32,000 bases of DNA, from contig NC_007969.1 in assembly GCF_000013905.1 (NCBI RefSeq), positions 2,610,001-2,642,000 on the forward strand, written 5' to 3'. Made by a program: the position numbers and the translations under genes. The DNA comes from Psychrobacter cryohalolentis K5 (lineage in GTDB: Bacteria > Pseudomonadota > Gammaproteobacteria > Pseudomonadales > Moraxellaceae). The notes beneath the pieces were generated by a model that was given only the letters and a program-made list of their open reading frames with translations, was not told the DNA's origin and did no database searches. This document shows positions 1 to 6,050 of this stretch, one piece after another (position 1 is the stretch's first letter; each line of letters starts with the position of its first letter).

Positions 1-84
1 GCGCCCGATTTAACAAAGCCTACTTAACAGCAGTCATTAGTAGTGCTATAGTTAAAATCATCTGCCACAAGGAAGGAGCCGCTC

Positions 85-546
85 ATGAGTTACCAACATA
101 TTTTATTGGTCACCGATTTACTATCCGATGCTGACTTGGTTGCTCAAAAAGCCAAGCGTATCGTTGATAATCGTCCTGACTCCAAATTATCGGTATTACA
201 TATCGTAAAAGATACCATGGTTGGCTTTGGCTACGAGCTGGTGCCTGCCTCAAGCTTATATGATGAGATTGATGATGAGCGTTGCCAAGAAGCGCGTGCG
301 AAACTGGCGCAGTTTTTGGATCGTAATGACTTACATGTGGTCAACTCTGAAGTGACAACTGCCATCTCAAATAGTGAAGGTATTGTCAACTATTGCCATA
401 AGAATGACGTTGATTTATTGGTTATTGGTCGTCATGAACGTCATGGGATAGCAGCTTGGCTTAGTGGCGCAACGGCAGATAATATCTTGCCAAATGTACC
501 TTGTGACAGCTTAGTTGTGAGACTTGATAAGCCCGTTAATAAATAA
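85..546 (+). CDS. universal stress protein (UspA family)
   Basis: 153-aa ORF with GGAG-type RBS just upstream of the ATG. It has an N-terminal ILLVTDL strand and a C-terminal LLVIGRHERHGIAAWLSGATADNIL segment typical of Usp-family alpha/beta proteins. Confidence 0.85.
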   Translation: MSYQHILLVTDLLSDADLVAQKAKRIVDNRPDSKLSVLHIVKDTMVGFGYELVPASSLYDEIDDERCQEARAKLAQFLDRNDLHVVNSEVTTAISNSEGIVNYCHKNDVDLLVIGRHERHGIAAWLSGATADNILPNVPCDSLVVRLDKPVNK

Positions 547-607
547 GTGTAAGCATAGAATTAATACAGTCGATACTAAATAAGGTGAATGCACTTTATT
601 ATAGGGC

Positions 608-679
608 GAAACTGGTACAAATTTTTCTTGCTTGCTGTGGCTGCGCCGACAGAGGCTACAAAAAATTTATTCCAGTTTC
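608..679 (-). repeat. REP/MITE-like palindromic intergenic repeat, copy 1 of 4 (inverted orientation relative to copies 2 and 3)
   Basis: Terminal inverted repeats gaaactggtacaaattttt / aaaaatttattccagtttc flank the core cttgcttgctgtg...agaggct. The reverse complement aligns with the repeats at 13265, 21752 and 25131. It lies between the convergent usp and LysR 3' ends. Confidence 0.7.
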
Positions 680-716
680 GCTATATTTTTTAATACGGAA
701 TTGACTATAGCTACCT

Positions 717-1658
717 TTAAACACGATCCTCTTGAATAATATCAATAAAGCTTTGCCAAATCGGGCTTTGATGGCGCGCTTTATGCCATACCAGCCACCA
801 TGTACGTGACAAATCAATTCCTGCAACCTGTACTTGTACCAGCTTCCCTGTTGCAAGCTCTGCTTCAATGACGTGCTGTGACAGGCACCCAAGTCCAATA
901 TCAGCGCTGACCATATGCTTAATCGCCTCCGACTGCTGTATTGCCATAATCACCTCAGCATTGGGCAAATGCTGCAATAATTGCTCATCGATGATCTGCC
1001 GCGTACCAGACCCCGCTTCTCGTACCAATAGTGGCAGCATTGATAGTTGCTCAATACTCAGCTCATAGCAATTATTTGCATCGTTATAATAACCTACATC
1101 GGTCAACCATTTGCTGTTGTGTTTAGCAAAAATCATCAAAGTATCAGTGCGCCACACGTGCTGCTCAATCACCTTCATATCTACTGGGCGCGGCATACCT
1201 TCGACTAAAGCAATATCAATATTTAGTTGTTCAACCTCTGCTACTACCTCTTGAGTATTGGCAATATACATATCAACATCTGCATCTGGCAGTGCCTCAT
1301 AGAGCTTGGCAAGCAGCGGCGGCAGTACGTAATTGCCAATGGTGGTACTAGCACCAATATGGATCTGCCCTGCTTGGTGCTTATGATAATGTTCTAGTGT
1401 CAACGACTGCCCTAAGATAGCTTGAGCTTGTATATAAATAGGATGGGCATTGGGATGCTGATTGAGCCTACGCCCAACGCGCTCAAACAATGGCATTTGC
1501 AGCCTTGCTTCTAATTCTGTCAACGCACTACTGACCGCCGACTGCGATAAATGCAGCACTTCACTGGCACGACTGGTACTACCTGTTTGATAAATACTGA
1601 CAAACACTGATAATTGTTTGAGAGTAATCTTTGGTAATCCCTGCATGGCTTTTTTCAT
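717..1658 (-). CDS. LysR-family transcriptional regulator (YeiE-like, divergent from yeiH)
   Basis: 313-aa ORF. The N-terminal HTH (LKQLSVFVSIYQTGSTSRASEVLHLSQSAVSSALTELEARL) is canonical LysR. It is divergently paired with a YeiH-family gene, as in the E. coli yeiE-yeiH arrangement. Confidence 0.9.
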   Translation of the reverse strand: MKKAMQGLPKITLKQLSVFVSIYQTGSTSRASEVLHLSQSAVSSALTELEARLQMPLFERVGRRLNQHPNAHPIYIQAQAILGQSLTLEHYHKHQAGQIHIGASTTIGNYVLPPLLAKLYEALPDADVDMYIANTQEVVAEVEQLNIDIALVEGMPRPVDMKVIEQHVWRTDTLMIFAKHNSKWLTDVGYYNDANNCYELSIEQLSMLPLLVREAGSGTRQIIDEQLLQHLPNAEVIMAIQQSEAIKHMVSADIGLGCLSQHVIEAELATGKLVQVQVAGIDLSRTWWLVWHKARHQSPIWQSFIDIIQEDRV

Positions 1659-1885
1659 AATTTCTCTGACATCCTATCTTATTGATGCAATCTAAAAACC
1701 ATCTGTTATTTTAAAAATCCTCTATTATCTAAAAAACTATCTTTTTAACCCTAAGATTTTCTATTAACCTATAAAATCGATAATTTGTATCTAATTAATC
1801 TGTTTTTATTATAGATTGGTCTATCTTATAATGTCTATTCATAAGCTTATGCTTATTTCGATTATAAACAATAGGACAGTCAGTC
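1659..1885. promoter_or_regulatory. divergent AT-rich control region for the LysR gene and yeiH
   Basis: 227-bp AT-rich spacer between divergent starts. It contains a near-direct repeat, ATCTAAAAACCATCT (1690..1704) and ATCTAAAAAACTATCT (1727..1742). Assigning these as LysR boxes is inference only. Confidence 0.4.
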
Positions 1886-2971
1886 ATGTACGTCTTGACC
1901 CAATCAGTGAACAACTATTTTCCACGCAGCCGCCATCTAGCAGGGCTCATCGTCGTGCTGATTGGCAGTTTATTTTGTTTATGGCTCAATACTAGTGTAA
2001 ACACATGGACAAATGGGCGCATCGTAGGACTGTCATCACTGACGCTGGCGATTTTAATCGGGATGATACTTGGCAATACGGTCTATACCAATTTTGCTGA
2101 GCGTTTAAATGAAGGAGTTTGTTTTGCTAAAGGGCAGATTTTAAGACTCGCCATTATGTTTTATGGTTTTAAACTAACAGTGACCCAAGTTGCTAGCGTG
2201 GGTATGCCAGCAGTTATGACGGATGCACTGGTACTAACATCGACTTTTTTATTGACCTATTGGATAGGTAGCAAATTATTAAAAGTCGATAAACAAACCG
2301 TGCTATTGATAGGCTCAGGTGCCAGTATTTGCGGTGCTGCCGCCGTCATCGCCGCCGACCCAATCGTTAAAGCAGAAGCGCATAAAGTCACTATCGCCGT
2401 GGCGACAGTGGTGGTCTTTGGTACGGTTGCGATGCTACTCTATCCGTTTTTATACCATCTTGGTTGGTTGCAACCTTGGTTAAGTGCTCAGCAGTACGGA
2501 GTTTATACGGGTTCAACCATTCATGAAGTGGCTCAAGTCGTCGTCGCTGGTAACGCAGTCAGTCCTGAAGTGGGTGATACAGCTGTTGTCACCAAGATGA
2601 TTCGGGTCATGATGCTCGCCCCTTTCTTACTGGTATTGTCTTTTGCTCTGACCAAAGGCTGTAGTGAAAATGGTGAAAATGCTTCATTTATGAGTCGTAT
2701 TAAAGAAGTCAAAGTCCCTTGGTTTGCCTTTATATTTATTGCCATCGTCTTACTGCACACTTGGGTGCCGATGACCGCAAGCTTTGAGCGTAGTATGGTC
2801 ATGCTAGACGATGTGCTGCTCACCATGGCGATGTTTGCGCTGGGCTTAACTACGCATCTGAGCGCTATTAAACAAGCGGGCGTCAAACCTTTAATACTTG
2901 GGACGATTATGTTTGCTTGGCTGATCATTGGAGGTGGATTTATTAATATTGGTATTAGCTTGATTGGCTAA
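1886..2971 (+). CDS. yeiH: YeiH/UPF0324 family inner-membrane protein (putative sulfate exporter family transporter)
   Basis: 361-aa polytopic ORF. Long blocks match my recollection of E. coli YeiH: LTLAILIGMILGNT, SICGAAAVIAADPIVKAEAHKVTIAVATVVVFGTVAMLLYP, GSTIHEVAQVV, MIRVMMLAPFLL, LGLTTHLSAIKQAGVKPL. Confidence 0.85.
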   Translation: MYVLTQSVNNYFPRSRHLAGLIVVLIGSLFCLWLNTSVNTWTNGRIVGLSSLTLAILIGMILGNTVYTNFAERLNEGVCFAKGQILRLAIMFYGFKLTVTQVASVGMPAVMTDALVLTSTFLLTYWIGSKLLKVDKQTVLLIGSGASICGAAAVIAADPIVKAEAHKVTIAVATVVVFGTVAMLLYPFLYHLGWLQPWLSAQQYGVYTGSTIHEVAQVVVAGNAVSPEVGDTAVVTKMIRVMMLAPFLLVLSFALTKGCSENGENASFMSRIKEVKVPWFAFIFIAIVLLHTWVPMTASFERSMVMLDDVLLTMAMFALGLTTHLSAIKQAGVKPLILGTIMFAWLIIGGGFINIGISLIG

Positions 2972-3032
2972 AGTAAACTACCAAATATCCTTGCCGCTCG
3001 TTATCATTATTGCTGTGAGTTATATAGATCAA

Positions 3033-3069
3033 AAATGCCGACGACCAGCGTAGTCATCGGCATTTTTGG
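3033..3069 (+). terminator. rho-independent terminator after yeiH
   Basis: Stem atgccgacgac / gtcatcggcat (one mismatch) followed by a TTTTT run, about 60 nt after the yeiH stop. Confidence 0.65.
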
Positions 3070-3161
3070 TTCATTGTCTGATTTAAAAGCCACTCAACAT
3101 AAAGCGCACGTTATAAATATTAAGCTTTTAGTTGCAAATAGCTTATCTTAAATCGTAGACG

Positions 3162-3195
3162 AAAAAAAACGAACCCGAAGGTTCGCTTTTTTTTC
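3162..3195. terminator. bidirectional rho-independent terminator (serves the cold-shock gene on the minus strand)
   Basis: Stem cgaacc, loop cgaa, stem ggttcg, flanked by A8 on one side and T8 on the other. It lies 30 nt downstream of the csp stop. Confidence 0.8.
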
Positions 3196-3224
3196 ATCTT
3201 GCTCTAAGCGTCTATAAAGACAGA

Positions 3225-3434
3225 TTAGATAGCAACGATGTTATGGGCTTGTGGGCCTTTTTGACCTTGAGTTACAGTGAACTCAACTTCTTGGCCTTCA
3301 GCTAAAGTTTTGAAGCCTGAACCAGTGATTTCGCTGTAATGAGCAAAAACGTCTGCGCCAGTTTCTGGAGCGATAAAACCAAAGCCTTTAGCTTCGTTGA
3401 ACCACTTAACTGTACCTTTTTGAGTATCTGACAT
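3225..3434 (-). CDS. cold-shock protein, CspA family
   Basis: 69-aa ORF with RNP1/RNP2-type motifs KGFGFI and VFAHYS. Typical CSD length. AGGA RBS upstream. Confidence 0.95.
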   Translation of the reverse strand: MSDTQKGTVKWFNEAKGFGFIAPETGADVFAHYSEITGSGFKTLAEGQEVEFTVTQGQKGPQAHNIVAI

Positions 3435-3679
3435 ATTGATAATCCTACTTTTAAATTTATTAATGGTCTAGTGACCGGTAACGCTTGCAAATAGCTACTG
3501 AACGATAAATATTAAAACGAAGGATTATAACTAATACTACGAGGTAATGATTTGGTGCAGAACTGCTCTTAAGCTTGGAAGTATTATAAGGGCAAGATCC
3601 CATTTTCGCAAGTATTATCTTAGATTTCATGTAACCAAAGCCGCTTTTTGGCTGTTTTTCGCCCTAAAATCAACGCATT

Positions 3680-4102
3680 TTAGGCATTTGGCAAACGGAA
3701 CAAATAGACCGCTACCCCAGTACAGACCGTGGCTACCAGCCAAGCTACCCACATCATATCTGCAGGAATGTTAAAAAATAACATTGTTGTTGAAATTGCC
3801 ATCATTATCGTCGCTAGCCACTTGCCATATAAAGGTACAGCATGGCGATCTTCCCAATCTCGGACGAATTTACCAAAATATTTATGATTAATCAGCCAAA
3901 AATGAAAGCGTCGTGAGCTACGCGCCCAGCACCCTGCCGCTAGTAAGATAAAAGGTGCGGTCGGCATGACAGGTAATAATACGCCAATGATACCCAAGGC
4001 AAAAAACAACCAACCAAATATCAAAAACATCCAACGCACCGTTGGATTGTTATGTTGATTGGTCTTGGGTCGGTAATAAAAAGATTTTTTTAATTGAGTC
4101 AT
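3680..4102 (-). CDS. YbaN/DUF454 family inner-membrane protein
   Basis: 140-aa ORF with PTAPFILLAAGCWARSS..F..WL..H..FG motif characteristic of DUF454 (YbaN). Confidence 0.8.
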   Translation of the reverse strand: MTQLKKSFYYRPKTNQHNNPTVRWMFLIFGWLFFALGIIGVLLPVMPTAPFILLAAGCWARSSRRFHFWLINHKYFGKFVRDWEDRHAVPLYGKWLATIMMAISTTMLFFNIPADMMWVAWLVATVCTGVAVYLFRLPNA

Positions 4103-4268
4103 GATAGTTTTATCAGTCAGTGTGAGACATTAGGTCATCAGGTATGGACTACCTATATAAGTTATCAAAGATAAAGAAATTGAAACCTAGGTTCAAGACT
4201 GATTTTGCACGGTTTTGCTACCGATACGTAGCTTGTTTAGCAGTTAGGTAAATATCGGTCGTTATTCA

Positions 4269-4679
4269 CTATGGTTTGGCAGGATAGCTTTCCCAGTAAT
4301 CAGCGATTGCTTTTGGAAAACAGTATTCTTTTGGCATCACAGTAATGGCGATGGGTACTAATATGGATTTGGTCACACCGCCGATACTGTCACAAGTGGC
4401 ATCGGTAGGTACGTCATAATAAATCACGCGCAAGGTATTCTGCGGACAGAGGTCTGAGCACTGAAAGGATTTGACCACTGCAATACCGTTATGCACGCCA
4501 ATGACCTTCTGCTGCGCACCTTCGGTTGGTGCTAATTCTTTTGGCTGGGCAGCTCGAATAAGATCAGCATCTGTTAAGATGTTTTCATTGGTAGGTAAAG
4601 AGACGCAAGCGCTTAGACTTAAAAACAAAGCACTTAAAGTGAGGGCTTTTGTAGTTGATGTTGTTTTCACAGTGAACAT
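4269..4679 (-). CDS. hypothetical lipoprotein (Cys-rich)
   Basis: 136-aa ORF with signal peptide and lipobox LSAC. A strong GAGGAG RBS overlaps the end of the upstream vWA gene (16-nt spacer), implying co-transcription. Confidence 0.7.
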   Translation of the reverse strand: MFTVKTTSTTKALTLSALFLSLSACVSLPTNENILTDADLIRAAQPKELAPTEGAQQKVIGVHNGIAVVKSFQCSDLCPQNTLRVIYYDVPTDATCDSIGGVTKSILVPIAITVMPKEYCFPKAIADYWESYPAKP

Positions 4680-4695
4680 GGCGGTTACTCCTCAG

Positions 4696-5991
4696 TTATG
4701 ATGTTATCAATCCAATCTTACGAGCTTCTTTTAGCCAGCTTGGGAACTCTTCTAGCATACTCTCATAAAGAGACTCTTCACTAATGTCATCCAAATCATC
4801 TAATTCAAAAAAATCGCAATTATCAATCACGCGCCCTTCCATGTCATCTAGTTTTTTTAGGATGCCATAACCACGACCACCCAAGCCCACAAACTGCCAA
4901 AATATCGGTAGTTTCGCGGCGTCCGTCATGACTCTGGTGATACCGCGATTGTCATTCACCCCGCCATCACTGATAAATAGCACGTATACGGGCACATCCA
5001 AGCCGTCTTTTTGATAAAAATCCGTCACGGCTTTCATGACTTCTGCTTCATTGTTAATGCGCGGGCCAAGTGCCCATTTGCGCCAGCCACCATGAGCGTT
5101 ATTGATGAAACCGTCATAGTTGCTAAGCCCAATCTCGCCCAAATACTGCGGATCTCGGGCAAACGCCCAGCAGTCTAGCGCTTGGTCGTCATCGAAGCTC
5201 ACTGCCAATGGCAATATGCGGTTGACCACTTCTTGCACGCGGCCTTTTTTGTACTGTCTGTTCATTGAGCCTGAGGCATCTAACACCAATGCTACCTTTG
5301 CGGTCAATTTCTGCAATTGGCGTTTCTCAAGCGATATCGTGGCTTTTTTGGCCAGATTGACGAGTTTTGGCGCTTTGTCTAGCATGACCTTCTCTAATGA
5401 CGGTTTTGCTTTAACTGGCGTGACGGTCGCCTCTACTGCTTGTGGGCTGCCCTCTTCTACATCGCCACCGAAATGCTGCACGATGGCGGCAAGTCCACCA
5501 TTAAAGCCTTGCGCGACGTTGGACACTCGCCAAACGCCACTCTTACGATAAAGCTGCATCAACATACTGGCTTGCTGCTGGGCAAAATCTACTGCTTGAT
5601 ATTCTGCCTGTACCTTTTGCGATTGCTGCCAAATACCAATCTCTAACGATTGAATTTGATTGAGCGGGGTGTCGGCTGATAACACAAAAAACAAGCTGTC
5701 TATATTGGTAGCCAGTTTGGATAAATTCACTTCAAACTCAGCTTGGATACCTTTATTCGCCGTTGGCTGCGATTCGTAATGGGTGAGCTTGATTTGCCCA
5801 CATGGAGAGGTCGGCTGATTATAAAACACCATGTAATCATCATTGATCAGTTTGCCCGCTGCATCTAAGGCAAAGCAACTGATGTCCATCTCTATTGGGC
5901 TTTGGCGAGTGAATTTGAGCGTGATTGGTGCGGTATCGTCAATAGCAAGATTGCTTAAAGGCGAGCGTTGTCCGACGGTGAGATGGTTCAT
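4696..5991 (-). CDS. TerD-domain / vWA (TerF-like) fusion protein
   Basis: The N-terminal region resembles TerD (DISCFALDAAGKLINDDYMVFYNQPTSPCGQIKL). The C-terminal vWA has a MIDAS DASGS motif (VALVLDASGSM). The ORF opens at 6009, but AAGGAA sits 5 nt before the ATG at 5991, so 5991 is my preferred start. Confidence 0.8.
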   Translation of the reverse strand: MNHLTVGQRSPLSNLAIDDTAPITLKFTRQSPIEMDISCFALDAAGKLINDDYMVFYNQPTSPCGQIKLTHYESQPTANKGIQAEFEVNLSKLATNIDSLFFVLSADTPLNQIQSLEIGIWQQSQKVQAEYQAVDFAQQQASMLMQLYRKSGVWRVSNVAQGFNGGLAAIVQHFGGDVEEGSPQAVEATVTPVKAKPSLEKVMLDKAPKLVNLAKKATISLEKRQLQKLTAKVALVLDASGSMNRQYKKGRVQEVVNRILPLAVSFDDDQALDCWAFARDPQYLGEIGLSNYDGFINNAHGGWRKWALGPRINNEAEVMKAVTDFYQKDGLDVPVYVLFISDGGVNDNRGITRVMTDAAKLPIFWQFVGLGGRGYGILKKLDDMEGRVIDNCDFFELDDLDDISEESLYESMLEEFPSWLKEARKIGLITS

Positions 5992-6030
5992 GGTGTTCCT
6001 TACATTCATAAAGATAATTATAAAAATAAT

Positions 6031-6046
6031 AGCGCACTAAAGCGCT
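6031..6046 (-). terminator. weak hairpin downstream of the STAND gene
   Basis: 5-bp GC stem agcgc/gcgct with a 6-nt loop, followed on the minus strand by an AT/T-rich run. It is short and may not terminate efficiently. Confidence 0.3.
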
Positions 6047-6050
6047 TCTA

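Noticed and set aside
656-898. 80-aa ORF overlapping the LysR gene 3' end and REP copy 1.
   Set aside because: It overlaps a confident CDS and runs through the repeat element. It has no RBS and no recognisable family.
2533-2928. Long antisense or alternative-frame ORFs lie inside confident genes. Examples: 868..1068, 2533..2928, 5120..5551, 5440..5646, 9093..11691 (several), 16047..16373, 17817..18129, 19303..19593, 19825..20067, 21088..21315, 25356..25958, 26515..26823, 28073..28835, 31176..31478.
   Set aside because: All are fully embedded in ORFs with strong family-level identity. They lack an RBS and have low-complexity or Ser/Cys/Thr-rich translations typical of shadow frames.
3547-3774. 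75-aa plus-strand ORF between csp and the YbaN gene.
   Set aside because: It overlaps the 3' end of the YbaN gene on the opposite strand. Its composition is basic and aromatic-rich, typical of noise. The region is more plausibly the csp promoter and long 5' UTR (a TATAAT on the minus strand at 3524..3529 would give a leader of about 85 nt, but I found no convincing -35).
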